Origin: Bugula neritina
Taxonomy: Eukaryota; Animalia; Bryozoa
Reading direction: 5' to 3'
Length of the DNA: 64,000 nt
Assembly (NCBI GenBank): GCA_964035545.1
Contig: OZ037772.1
Location: 2,356,001-2,420,000, forward strand
Part shown: positions 45,573-59,738 of the stretch, piece after piece
How the letters are laid out: each line of letters opens with the position of its first letter
Numbering within the stretch: position 1 is the first letter of the stretch
The notes under the pieces: generated by a model
What the model saw: the letters and a program-made list of their open reading frames with translations, nothing else
The model's database searches: none
Told to the model about the DNA's origin: nothing
Position numbers and translations under genes: made by a program

Positions 45573-46210
45573 ATAACTTATGTTATGTAATTATTGCTGA
45601 GACTAGTGTAATTTGATGATGGCTGGTAGAGCAGTGTTTGCTGGTGGGACTCAGGTGGCCGTGGTTGGTTCTTGTCAAGTATTTAATATGTGATAATGTT
45701 GGAGTAGCTGCAGTAGCAGTATTATTAGAAGTAGACATGTGGGTGTGTTCTATATAAGAGCCACAGGCTAAGTTTGTGGGTCAAGGTCAATACAGTTGTA
45801 TAATGAGACACTATTTTCTGTTAGAATATTTACTTCATGTATGTAATACTTATATTATATATCTTCTCTCCTGTATAATCATATTTGCTGAGGGGGTAAA
45901 TTTCTATGTCGAGTCTCTCCATGTTGTCATTTATTATGAAGTAAACAGTAGAGCAGCTCATTGAATTATTCAATACTGACTGGTAGAACTTTATTATCTT
46001 CAACATAATCTGCTTAGTTGCATCTTTAAAGGAAGTCTTTCTGAGTGAGAAATATATTTGAAATTTATTGTATTATTATCGAATATATTTCAGTTACTAT
46101 ATTATACAAAAAAGTAGAAACTTGCTTGTAGTGGTGTCAGCTGTTGTGATATCACCGTAGTCTGTCTGTTTGTCTCAAACTGATTCAATCTGACATTATA
46201 TTTTTTAAAG

Positions 46211-46344
46211 GTGAACTGATGGTAACAATTCCCAAAGAAAGTCTTGGTGTTAGTGGCTGGGTGTGGGACATTGCTGTGTATAACAGAGACACAGTGTTTC
46301 TAGCATGTGGAGATGGACTGAGGAGATACACAATAAAATACTAA
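46211..46344 (+). pseudogene. Orphan terminal exon of a TRIM paralog (inverted copy of 49948-50081)
   Basis: aag|GELMVTIPKESLGVSGWVWDIAVYNRDTVFLACGDGLRRYTIKY* versus GQLVLTVPRESLGVSDWVRDIAVCNRDTVFLACDDGLRRYTIKY*. Intron homology between 45596-45830 and 50190-50414. Confidence 0.8.
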
Positions 46345-46433
46345 ACTTATCAGCTACAGTTTACTAATAATCAGCTCAGTGAGGTCATCAATAGTACATG
46401 TCAAATATAATATATTGTGTTCTACTCACAGTA

Positions 46434-47746
46434 GGGGTAACGGGGGCACAACGGGCCGAATTTTGCATTTGTTGCTCTCATTTGTCTGTTTTTCAAGTTA
46501 CTAGTTCAATAATCTCTAGTCTTAATGCTGCATATGTTGTCTATTACAGGTATCAGTTTGTTGTGTCTATCTCTCTCACAACTTTCAGAATAATGAAATG
46601 TTCACGACAAAAAAATCGGCCCATTGTGCCCCGGTACCGGGGTACAATGGGACACAACAAATATATTGAAATTTTGCGTATATTTTGTTACATCTGATCT
46701 TTATTTGTTTAATATTACAAATAAATAAAGATTCTCTTTCAGATCTAAAGCAAAATTCATGTTTTAGCTGTACAGTTTGTGTTACTACGGTTAGCAGAGG
46801 AAGGCAAAATCAAACGCACGTCACTCGGTTCTGCAGTGCCATTATCATTACTGTTTAGAACTAAAAATGTTCTGTTATTTTCACTTCAGAGCAACATTTA
46901 TCCAAAAAAAACTTTAGTAACGTGTACTACAAAAATCCGAGTAGACTTTTTTCTATGAGCTCTAGCTAAGGTGCATGGCTGAGGTTTGTGACTGGAGTAC
47001 GGAGGGGAGAGGGGAAGCAAATGAGCAAATCACAATTTATTTCAGTCAAATACATGTATATTCCCTCAATGGTGTAATATATAATGATTATTATGACTAT
47101 CTACTAGTAGCAACAGCAGAGTGTTATGTATTATGTATAAAATTGCAAAGCTATAACCTCACCAGATGTATATATTAGGGGAGCTTCAACTTGTAGTTCT
47201 GTAGTCTTACCATGATGTCTTTGATATTTTACAAAAAGGTCAGAAATGGCTATATCTATAGATTTTAGTAACAGTTCAACTAACTTTTTAGGCAAACAAA
47301 CTAATAACAGTGATCAGGGTGCAATAATCAGGTGGCTCATTGTGCCCCGGTCAGCGTGGCCCATTGTGCCCCGTGTGGTCAAATTGAGAATAAATGTGCC
47401 TCAAGGAAAATTTATTTCAGTGTTTGCTGTTATACTAGTTAAGCATTGTAGAGGCAAGCAATGGCAACAATATTAGTAAAATCTAGGCTTCTTGCCTTTG
47501 AGTGTAAAAAGTTATGAGGCTTCAACGACGTCCTAAAAAATTTACAAAAAGTAGGTAAAAACAGTTTTTTACTCGCCTTTTCAACACGTATGTTCCGCAA
47601 GTGTTGAAACTACAAAAGCTGAATAATTATGTCAATATCTTTTTATGAAAAAAAAATCACAACTCTAAGTTAATAAGTTCTCTCATAATTTGGCCGGCTT
47701 TTTGTACCCCTATGACCGTTGTGCCCCCCCCCCTCCCCGTTACCCC
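46434..47746. mobile_element. Non-autonomous TIR DNA transposon, probably Tc1/mariner-pogo class
   Basis: TA|GGGGTAACGGGG..CACAACGG ... CCGTTGTG..CCCCGTTACCCC|TA. Internal cattgtgccccg repeats. No transposase ORF. Confidence 0.75.
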
Positions 47747-48534
47747 TATAATATTATATATTCCACAGGACTTGCACTGTTTATATGCAGTATTTGATGT
47801 TGATTAGTAATGATTATGTAACATATTTACTCTGCTGTGTTGTCAAGACTCTGTAGTCACATTTACTCAATAAAGTTTGTTTGTAGAAATTATTTTTTGA
47901 CTGGTTTATGACTCATCCACTTACTTAGTCATCACAAATTAAATATTATTTACTTTTTCATGTCAATAACTCTGTTAGTGTAAGTCTATTACTTCCTTAT
48001 CAAGTAGTAGCTGTATATAACTTGTGTGTAAGTTAGTTTACATGATACAGGGTAGATCAAGTATTCCACAGATATGCATTTCATAAGTAATGTTTATACA
48101 AAGATTCACTGCAGTAAATTCTTAGCAATTTTCTCCTGCATTAGCTTAATAAAAGCCTCAGATACTACAAATCTTAAGGCCATGTTCCAATATGTGAGAC
48201 TACAACAAAACTCTACTTTTAGCACAATGGCTGGTATTTTATGTAATGAATGTGCAAAAGCAAATAATTATACACATTGTATGAGCTATGTACCATGGAG
48301 GGAGAGTAGACAGTTTTCTATGTAGACAGTAAGTTGGGGGTTAATGGGGTTGACCAGCAGTGAGCAACACCTTGAATGGCAATAAAGACTGTAGATCAAA
48401 GCATATTGATAGGTTATAAACATAGAAATATATCAGAGGTTATAAATGTCAACATATTAACATCATAATATGAACCAAGTTAAATTAGTTAAATCTTGCA
48501 AGTTGTGCTGTTAATTTTATATTAGCAAGACTAA

Positions 48535-48682
48535 TGAGGCCAAACAAGGTAGTGTACCATCAATGCTGTTGAGGCCAAACAAGGTAGTGGACCATCAATA
48601 CTATTGAGGCCAAACAAGGTAGTCTACCATCAATACTATTGAGGCCAAACAAGGTGGCGTATCATCAATAATATTGAGGCCA
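48535..48682. repeat. 35-bp tandem repeat x~4
   Basis: Unit tgaggccaaacaaggtagtgtaccatcaatactat. Confidence 0.85.
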
Positions 48683-49947
48683 AATGACAAAAAGATGTAC
48701 TATATTCAAGATGAACTGAAACCTAATGAGAAAGTTTCTGTTAGAGTCATTACAACTTATCTGTGCACACAGAAACACCAAAATGGTCCACATATCATGA
48801 AGATATGTCAACTGCATGTAGTTGTAAAATATCTTAGCTTAGCCTGCAGTGTTCTCTGGAATATTCCTTAGGATATTGAGGATATTTATTTTTTATGTTT
48901 TATTGTTGAGCTTATATACTCTGATTTGTATCAACACTACATTGTTAGATTGAAACTGTTTCTGTGAGCCAACTAAAAAAAACAGTATAGCAACAAGAAA
49001 GTATTGTTATTCCGAATACTATATATATAAGTTGTAGTAGTCGAATCCAAGATGAGTTGAATTAACCAATTTATAATGTAGTCAGCCCTGCAGGTAAAAG
49101 TAATACAAACCCATCAGTACTATAATAACTATACCTGAAAGAGTTGAGTTTACATGTAAATGTTACCATCACCATTTGGCAACTAGTTGCAATTTACTCA
49201 AGAGCTCTAAGCTTATATTTTATGAGGACATAATTGTCCAATCAGATGGTAGCATTGCAATATATGGTTTACTAAAAGGATGCCTTTAGACATGATTAGG
49301 AGTTGTCTTCTATTATACCTCATGGAATTTCTCCCAGGTGAATGGGGAACATGTCATAATTAAACTGTAACCAATTGAACTAAACTCATCAAATTACACA
49401 CAGTTTACCAAGCAGCTGTATCACAGACAGCTCATGTGTAGAGTAAAACAGTGTTTATATCTAGCTGATTGTCTTATATATTATTTATCAGATCCCTGAT
49501 TGCATGACAAGAAACAATTTGATTGGCTACTCATTGCTATTGTTTGCACAGCAATGGAATGTATATTATTATGAATGGTTGTAATAAATTTACTTAGTCA
49601 TGTTGGAGTTACTTGCACCTGCATGTCAATTCAGTGTATAAATTCTCTCACAAACAAGTCATTTACAGTTACTGCTCCAGTATAGATTATTGTTACTAAC
49701 CGAACTCAACTTGAACTAAAGCTAATGAGACATGAAAACAGACTATGTTTTCACTAACAAATAAACTTTATTAGATGGTAAATTGGCAACACATATTTGA
49801 TACAGTAAAACATCTCATATCTAACTATAAATACAGAGTGTGTATTGATGAATTGTAATGAATATAATTATGTTGATGACAAATATTATCCGTTTTATCT
49901 CTCAGCACCTCACTGAGCTGATTATTAGTAAAGTGTAGCTGATAAGT

Positions 49948-52900
49948 TTAGTATTTTATTGTGTATCTTCTCAGTCCATCATCACATGCTAGAAACACAG
50001 TGTCTCTGTTACACACAGCAATGTCCCTCACCCAGTCACTCACACCAAGACTTTCTCTGGGAACAGTAAGCACCAGTTGACCTGTAAATAATAGCATCAT
50101 ATTGTATGAGTTGGTGTATTGAGAGAAACAGACAGACTGCCTTTAAAGATGCAACTAAGCAGGTTATATGCATTAAGTAAATATTCAAACAGAGCAGAAA
50201 ATAGTGTCTCATTATACAACTGTATTGACCTTGACCCACAAACTTAGCCTGTGGCTCTGAGCAAGAACACACCCACATGTCTACTTCTAATACCACTGCA
50301 GCTACTCCAACATTATCACATATTAAATACTTGACAAGAACCAACCACAGCCACCTGAGTCCCACCAGCAAACACTGCTCTACCAGCCATCATCAAATTA
50401 CAATAGTCTCAGTAATGGCAGTCAGAAAGTATAAAATTATTTACATTTAAATTATCTGATGGTCAAAACAACAGCAGCACTAGACTGAAATCAAACTACA
50501 ACTCATAACTCATGTGTAGCTGGCAGTCTGTACAGTTGTTAGACTGAGCACTTCTAAAATTACTGTAAAACACTTGCATAGCATACTAACTAGACACGCT
50601 GATAGGTGGGTTTGAACCCCTTGCAGCACCAACTCACTTAGCAGTGTGGAGTCCCTATTCTCTACACTACCAGGTGAACCCTTGGAAAGGAAGACTGAAT
50701 AGAGAGTTTACTAAGAGCTCACTGCACACTACACAGAGTACACCTTAAACCTATACAATATAATATACAATTTTACCTGTGCTTACATCCTGCATGTTAC
50801 TGCAGCTGGAAATAAACTTATTGCAGGGAGGCAGTATTATTCACTAATCTTATTATTAGCTACAAGTCATGTGATGAAGAATATAACATCTACTATCAGC
50901 ATGTTACAGTCTTTATTACATAACTTTTAGCTAAAAATAACATCAGTGAGTTGATAAATACTAACAATATCATAATATATCTTATGAGTGGAAGTTGTTT
51001 ACTGTTGATTATTAAAATATATTATTTACTACAACATAATTATATATAAAATAACTAAACTTACTATAATAAACAGAGTATTTACCTTCAAGTGAGAGGA
51101 TGAGGAGAGGTCCTCTCACTGTACAGATGTGAATCAGTTCAGATGTTGGATCAAAGGAAATACCAGTTGGATATGAGATGTGAGGAAACTCCCACATCAG
51201 AGTGAGAGTTGTGTTTTCCACTTTATATCTTCTCACTTTACCATCTGGAGCACAGTCTCCTATGAGGAGAGTTGAGTCTGGGATGATGCATACAGGACGA
51301 GGGTTCTTCATCTCAGGAAGTGGGAACTTCTGTATTTTATTGTCAACTAGATTACATACTACCAGCTGTTTCTCTCTCCTGTCTACAATATAGAGCAGTG
51401 AGAGGTGCTGAGCTATTCTATAGTGAGTGAAGGGTCTATCTACTAACTGCTTGTAGAGGGAGCGAGTCTTCTCAAAGGAGTTCGGATCAAGAAGCGAGAG
51501 TTCAACTGTTTCCTCCTCTTCGTTATACGAGCTGCCAACCATCACCCCTTCAGGTTGGATTATCTCCCACCACCCTGTAGTGTTGGTGTTTTTCACTGAG
51601 CTGATAGTATCCAGAGTGTCTCTATTTATTACTTTTACACCTCCTGGTGTCGGACACATGAGATGTCCATCAGCTGAGATGTTTACTGTGTAACACGAGT
51701 CACGTACAGGAAGTCCATCAGACTGGAGTGAAGATGGTGGCTGCAGCAGCTTCAGTCCCAGACTGTCTTCACTGTCTGCAACAACAAAATAACAATTCTA
51801 TAACTTGAGAATCTCATCACCTGAGGAGGTGGGAACAGCTTTTCAAACTTAAAATGAAAAGATGTTTAAATACAAGCAGTCTGTAGTTACTACAAGTTGC
51901 TACGTGATGCACAGGTCTAAGTGAGAATATCTTGTTGATACTGACAGCAGGTAGTCAGCATAACACAGTTTAGCAGCTCACTTATACATCATAAACTCTG
52001 AAACACTGCAGAAATGTCTCATAATGTGAGAGTAGAACAAAACTCAATTCTCTAATAAATAAACTCTATCTACTTATTCTACTATTAAATATTCAGTGAA
52101 AGCAACTCACATGATTACAAGCAGAGTTATTTATAGTTAGTGTTACTATTTATAGACTCCACCTACATGTTGGTACCAAGAAGCTGTCTGGGAGTACACA
52201 CTTCTCTATTACACCAATATCTGTAGACTTTTCCATCTTCTCACTCATCTCTTTGTAGTCTCTCACAATCCCTGCATCATTGAACTTATCAACTGCATGT
52301 TGTACTGTGTCCAGCAGAGACTGTCTGCCCTCTGTCTTACTCAAGGCCAGCTCTATTCTATAATTATCCACTATCTGTGTGCAGCTTTTCAAATATCCAT
52401 ATATTTCTAGCCTCAGGTTTGTAGCTCTCTTTCTAATCTCTTCTATCTAATAAATAGTAACACAGTGTAACCACATCTGCACCTCACAACCTCTGCACTC
52501 GAAATGAAAGTGACAGATCACCCACTGAGTGGACAATGACTCAGTCACGTGACACTCTTTACACAGCAGAGAGCTAGTACACCACGTGACTAATCTCCTC
52601 CTCCTGACACCTGTCAATCACTCAGACAGCCAACCTCTCTGTGTGAGTGATTGACAGTTGCAGAAGGATGAGTGAGTCATCTGTATTAACAGGTTCCTCT
52701 GCACTGAGTAACATGTGATGTATGACTACTGCTACTTGTACACAGAATGATAAAACTTTAATGGCCAGTTGATTCTAGTAGCAAATGGAATTCATTTCTG
52801 ATTACAACTCAAAGACCAAATGCAAAACCTAATTTCAGACAAACAGAAATACATTAGATGACATCACCATGTCAGCATACCTGAGCATCAGCCACAGCGT

Positions 52901-55900
52901 TTACTCTGGCAACCATCTTCTTCACTTCATCTTCTATTTTACTCAGTTCTTTCCAGGCATCCTTTGAGATGTCATTCAACTCTGCAACTTTCTCAGACAG
53001 AGTCTCTATTCCACCAGTCAGACTTTCTCGTAACTCACAAGACAAATCACTCAAAGATGCCAAGTCATGGGATGCTACTGTCTCCTCTGTATACATAAAA
53101 TCACACGATTCGTAAAAAATTTGTTATAGATATGACATTGTACTTATTCTACACCTACTACCTGTACCTACAGGTAGATGATGTATCACTATACACATAC
53201 TATGTAATTACTAGACAGTTGGTTGGACTAGAAATATTTCACAGGTTAGCTCATTAATCACTGCACTTGGAATAATATAATTGAAAAAGTTAGAGCAGTG
53301 GCTCCCAACCTTTGGGGGGGGGATTCCCCTTGCAGGGAATTTGGGCTTTTCAGGGGTTTCATTTCGAAAAAATTCACACAGTTTACCAGCTCTTTGAGCT
53401 CTTTCCTTGTTTTCCAGGTTACATGTATATGTATAACTATAACTAAACTGAAGTTGTGGCAGACACTGGTCCATGTCAAACACAAAGTGCCTTTTCCTTT
53501 TCTACTCTAGCTGCTACCCTTTCTACTACGAATGGAGGTTAAAAAGTTTCTTGAAAGCAAAAACTAACAGGAGTTTGTTGCAGCCAGTCAAACTGATCTC
53601 CATAAACTATAATATACTGCATACCTAGTAGTTATATTTGCTGTACTAAAACACCTGAAGCTAAAATGAATGAGTATAATCATCAACTCCTTGCTTTTAA
53701 TAGCAGCATCAATGCTTTCAAAGCTGAACTGAAGTTGCGGCAGACACTGGTCCATGTCAAACACACTGGCCTTTACCTAAACTCAATAAATTATTAGGAA
53801 AACAACCCATGTCTCAGATTTTCTTCACAAATAAAAATTACAATTTTATCAAAAGGCGGAAACTTAATAGAAAACATTTATAAAATAAGGGGATGGTATG
53901 AAGAAGGCGGGACCCCATTGAGTTAAAGCTATGCCTATACCATCTTATCAAGGAAACAGACACTTGAAGGATGAAATATACTAAATATTCCACATAATAG
54001 TGAGAATATCAACTCCTGCACTATCCACTTCTGTCTCACACAAACCTTAATGCTGACAAACTTACTTCCTCTTATACTGTTACATAACTCACTTTAATAA
54101 TAAAATAATAAATAACAGGTGCTTGTAACATTTCTCGGTTTCTCTCTACAGAAATAGAAACAGCAAGTAAATACCTGTCTTATCCTTACAGCCAGTCCTC
54201 ATATCACATCTCATACAGAATATCTGGTGACACTTGGAACACACTTCTGTCAGCTGTTCCTGTTTATGATGTTCACATTCAGTTATAGTATATCTTTGAG
54301 GAGAAGCTCTGTAGACCTTAATGTCAATAAACTGATGTCTATCTCCCATCAGCTCTCTGTGATTCTGTATAATAAAGGTCAACAGTTTAGTTGGTTGTAT
54401 TTTCACCAACAAGTCTGTCATAGTTGACTCACTGCACTGTGAAACTGTGTGTTTAGTATAAAAAGTCACACAGACTCAACATTTCTTTTCAATAATATTC
54501 TACACACAAACCAGAACTGGTTTAGTAACTAATCTTGAGAAATTATATAAGAAAGACTCACTTCTTGATGCTGCTGACATAATTTCTTTTGAATCTCTAC
54601 ACAAAACACAGCAGCTTGCGTTCCACCTTTACAAACATCGCAGGGAATGGGTGCAGGTTTGGGTGGAGACTTGTATTCTAAGGGGTCTCCATGCTGAGCT
54701 ACTGGTAGTGTTGTGGGATCCGTGATGTCATAGTGATCTTTCTTACAATATATAGCAATCAGTATGTTACTTGTGTTAGCTGTGTTTAGTATATCTCAAG
54801 TAATGAAATACTCCATCCACACACACAGCTATGTCCTTGACAAATACTCAAATAAATACTCATCACTCATCAACACACATTCATTATATAGACCACAGGC
54901 TATCACACAAACACACTTGACTATATTATGTACTAATATGCTGGAAAATAGTCACTCATGACAAAGAACTGCTACTCAACAAATAGACTCAACTGTAACT
55001 TGTATTGTAAAATGACAAGACAAATTACTAGTTAACTACTGAGTGGAGGCCATATTGTCAATAATTATTCACTATTGTTGCAAGTTTGTGCAATGCAACT
55101 AATTACTGTAGTGTGAATTCTGAGGAGCCAATACTACAACATACTACAACTATTCCCTACCACTCTAACTGCTAGGAGTGGCGCGAAACTGTCATTTCAT
55201 CATCCTTGGCAATGTGTCAAGAGCTAGTGCACTGTGAGTGCGTGTCACGTGTGAGTGTTGTCTATCGCGTGCAGCTAGGTAAGAAGAGTGAGTCACAGGA
55301 TAAGTTGTAGTTAGTAATCCATTACTAGTAGGATGACACATACACATGTTAACTATTTTCAGTGTAGTACTACTATGTATGTGCAGCAGGTTGGGTCACA
55401 GTCTAAGTCAGAGGGGGGGGTGGCATAATATAGGCCCAAATCTTCAACACTATTCATCACTCAATACAGAGTAACACTCAATACAACTGACTGGTGGTAG
55501 AAGAAGTAACCAACTAAAGTAGACACTCAATTCACAGATTATATTAGACACTGATTGACACCCCATAATATTATATTGTACAACTCACCACCAAATAAAA
55601 TTGTGATGGCTATCTAATAATCAATCAAAAGGTCAGCATTGGATTTAACTAAATAGGTCACAGAATCACTGATTCCTGTCTAATTGTCATAAGACCTGCT
55701 CTTTAGTCAAATAATTTCCCAGTGACTGCTTGGCCTTGTCAATGGCTATTACACTTTGGCAGCCCGGATGTTGGCCGAATTTTGAACAGCTGGTGGTAAT
55801 AGTAACAGCTGCTAGACTCCAGAGCTATGAATCTATCGCATTAGAACTAAAGCTATTGAGCAAACTGCCATTATAAAAGTACCTCAACATTATATTAAAA

Positions 55901-57085
55901 TAATATACATCTACTCCTTACAGATTACACATAACCATGGACAATAACCAGACACTCCACTCTCACTACACAATCACTACATACTAGTAAACTGTACTTT
56001 GTGCCACAGCAACTGTGTTGTCATGACAACATCATACATGTTTATAATCACAGGAAAGAAGATAGTAAACACAAGTCAATTCAACACAGTGATTCCCAAC
56101 CTGGGAGAATCCCCTATAAGAGGGAATTTGGGCTTTTTAGGGGGAACTGGGATTTTGATTAAAAAATTTCAAGCAGTTTGTTGAAGGCTTTTGAGCTCTT
56201 GCAAGTTTCATGCGCATGTATATCTATAAGCATTCATCTTGGCTTATCTATTTAACCAATTTTGTCATCTCAGTCTACTTCAACATGAATGTGTTTTTAA
56301 TTACAATATTGGGGTTGGAGTTTAGGGGTTGGGGTGGGAGGTTTGAAAGCAAGCTGGTACACTGTCATCAGCTGCAGCCATAATAATAATAATTGAACTG
56401 CTCTGTGTTTTATACATGCATAATATAATTATCAGAAATAATTATATTATATTCAAATGTAATAGGAAAAATATTGCATAGTAATCTATATTATCATTAT
56501 GACAGTCATAAAAATTTCCGATTGACGAAAGGGAGGGGACTTAATAGTAAACATGTATAAAAATGGGAATGGTATAAACAAGGTTGGGAACCACTGCTCT
56601 AACAAGTATTGTACTGTATGAGAACAAAATAATATAATGGGGAGACAACCCGACTCCCATGACATCCAACAGCACCACAAATCAACAAGAGAGGACAGCT
56701 GATGATGCAATCTACATAACAGTTACTTTCTCTACCTAATGAAAAGATATCCTTACACTTCACAAGTTAGTAACCAGAGTTCACATAGAATATACAGTAT
56801 TGTTTGCTTTTCATAGACACAGATCAGACAACTCCTAGATGATAGTGAGAAAATCATATGCAAGCCTACGACATGATATATTGTGTTATGTACTGTAACT
56901 CACCTACAATAAGCACATCTGATATGATCCTTCCTACCACCAATGTCAGTCTTCAAACATCTCATGCAGTACACATGCAGACAGGGCAGAGTTCTGGGAT
57001 CTTCAAGTTTGTTGAAGTACTGCGAGCAGTACCCACAGCGATAGGAATTGTTGAGTCTCTTTTTCACGACTCTGGATTCTGCCAT
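49948..57085 (-). CDS. TRIM-family protein (RING, B-box1, B-box2, coiled coil, NHL/SGL-like beta-propeller). Exons 57085-56904, 54741-54562, 54364-54175, 53086-52881, 52446-52167, 51775-51086, 50081-49948
   Basis: C3HC4 RING CGYC..LPCLHVYCMRC..CAYC. B-boxes CDVC..FCVE..LCQQH and CEHH..CSKC..CMRC. Helical exons and propeller blades (NPRPVCI, YPTGISFD). All splice phases fit except a 1-nt mismatch at exon 1/2. Confidence 0.82.
56087..56596. mobile_element. hAT/Charlie-like MITE; related partial copies at 53296-53435 and 60584-60922 (inverted)
   Basis: CAGTGATTCCCAACCT ... AGGTTGGGAACCACTG termini. Shared internal agggaatttgggctttt. TSD degenerate (5/8). Confidence 0.7.
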
Positions 57086-58839
57086 CTTGGTTATATAATA
57101 AGGAAATCCTGTAAAAGATACACATACTCTTAGCATAATATTTTACGCTGCATATGTGAAGGTTTCCAAATCAAAGACTTAACCATTAACAATAAACCAT
57201 ACAAAATAAAGACATGAAAAATAATGTTAAACAAAGGCAGTTAATAACACTGGTATACATGATAGTCAGCTACAACATGCTGAGCTCACAGCTTTAACTG
57301 TCTAACAAAGGCTGTATTGTTTCCACTGAATAGGTTTTTGCTGGTGACTCAAACTCCATATACAGTAAATATGAAGCAATGTTGTGTGCTTCAGTGAACA
57401 CTTTTATTCTACTTCTATTGAACATCACTAATCAAGTGTTTCCAATATATAGAGGAGAAGTGAAACATGAATACCAGTGAGTTATGTATTACTTTTATGA
57501 ACAAACAGCACAATTGGGCTCAGCTGCTTATCCCCTCATTCAAAGATATCAGCCAGTTTTACAATGTTACCTGCCCATTTTTGGGCTAGATACATTGCGT
57601 GGGCTCACGCTAAGACACAAAATAGGGGGAAACATAGCAGTGGGAGAAAACATAGTATCATGAAATATTTTGTGCTGGGTGTTAAAAATTATTTGTTATC
57701 TTAATAATCTAAATTAAAAAACTTATTTTAACATCTCTGGAATATTGGTGATGCATTGGTTAATATGTTACTTAGATTCACCCTTCCACCACCTTTGCTA
57801 TTCAAATCATCTAATAGAAACTATGGTGGTGTGAAACATACTAATTTAACATGTTTGTGCTTCTGTTAGGTCAGGTGTAGTTGTTTCATGAGTTGGCAGC
57901 TTCTACACTCATCTCTAGTCAATTATTTATTCTACACTCTTACCTAGCAAATGATTTATTAACACTAACCTCATATTTTATGTCTACAACAAGAGTACAT
58001 CATATAAATGTGGCTAACCATATATTCTCAGTAATTTATAGAATAGTCAAATTCCAATTATGTAATTATTATGTAAATATGTTAGTTTTTGAATGACAGA
58101 AATTTAGAGGTAAAGATAGCAGCAACTAGCAAGCATTGTTACATAAATTAGAGCAGTGTAGTACATGTTAGTTGTATAATCAACGCTGAGTAAAATAATA
58201 TAAGCCAACCGAATACGCTATTCACAATGAATCCAGAAGGGCAGTGCATTGGAATGTGCAGGGTGTGACAATGTATCACATGCAGTGATCACTATGCACT
58301 GTCATTAATTAATAACTGACTAGTGCCAGTGCTAAGATATTCTGATATTCAAATTGAGTAAGTGTAACATTAATTCAAAAATTCGCAATAAATATTATAA
58401 GTATGATAATGTTACAATCATAAATTCACAAAGTAAAAATAAGCGACTCACTGGTTATAATAAACCTATTAGTATTAGTATTATAAAACCAACTTGTTAA
58501 ATATTGACTTAACAAAGTCGAGCTATGTCGATAATCAATAATATTGGGTGATAATCACCAATGGCAATATTATCATTATAAATAAATTTAATGATGTTGG
58601 TAGCAGACCTGGCACTGGCAGTAAGACCAACTGCAACGCTAAAAGTAATACTGACAGTTATAGTAGTGCAGTAATATTAATGTAGTAACTTACACTTTAA
58701 GTTTATAGTTATAATTGTACTTATACTTATAGTTATACTCATATAGTAAATGCAGTGCAATGAGTGAAAGAATGGTAATACTAATTAGTAATTACTCATA
58801 CAACAATACATATTATAATAGTTACAGTAATACTAATAC

Positions 58840-59738
58840 CAGGGTTGGGGTCAATTACATGTAAATGTAATTAATTACAATTACAATTACATGAAGATTT
58901 GTCAATTACAATTACAATTATAATTACAGTTAAAAGGTAATGTAATTAATTACAATTACAATTACATGGTAATGTAATTAATTACAATTACAATTACTTT
59001 TGTTCTCACAAGGGATAACTAAAAGTTATACAATGTCACTTCTGGGGTCCAACTACCAGGGGCAATGTTGACAGTGGTGAACCTCCTTTGTTCCCAATAG
59101 TGACACTATGGGGTCAATCCATGCCAAATAAACCGAATTTTAAGGGGTCCCACGCCTTTGCTTCTCAGATTTTGCTTATATTTACACATGTCCGGTGTAC
59201 TATTCATGAATATTTCCGACATGACACGAAAACTTTTTGAGAAATTACTACATTTGTGGACAAAGGTTGGGAAAAACTTTAAGGAAAATTGGTGAAGTAA
59301 AAATCACCAATTTTCCTTAAAGTTTTTCCCAACCTTTGTCCACAAATGTAGTCATTTCTCAAAGAATTTTCTGTGAGGCCAAAAATATTTAAGAAAAGTA
59401 CTCAGGACATACTTTGGTGTAAATATGAACAAACTCTGAGACACAAAGGCACCGGCCATGTGGTGAGTTAGCATGGAATGACCCTATACTATATTGACTT
59501 AATCTGAACTTGTTATTTAACAGTAGATATGGTAGGAAAAGAATGATTTTTTTAAGATTTAAAAGTTTGAAGTAATTGACATGTAATTATAAAGTAATTG
59601 TAAAATTCAATTACATTAGCAATGTAATTAATTACAATTACAATTACATTTTTATACATCAATTACAAATTACATTCAATTACTTGAAAAAATGTAATTA
59701 ATTACAACCAATTACAAATTACAATTACCCCAACCCTG
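58840..59738. mobile_element. hAT-type MITE with (caatta)n subterminal arrays
   Basis: CAGGGTTGGGGT ... ACCCCAACCCTG termini. Perfect 8-bp TSD ACTAATAC at 58832-58839 and 59739-59746. Confidence 0.9.
59111..59484. mobile_element. Palindromic MITE nested in the hAT MITE
   Basis: GGGTCAATCCATGC ... GCATGGAATGACCC termini. Central 60-bp near-perfect inverted repeat. Confidence 0.7.
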
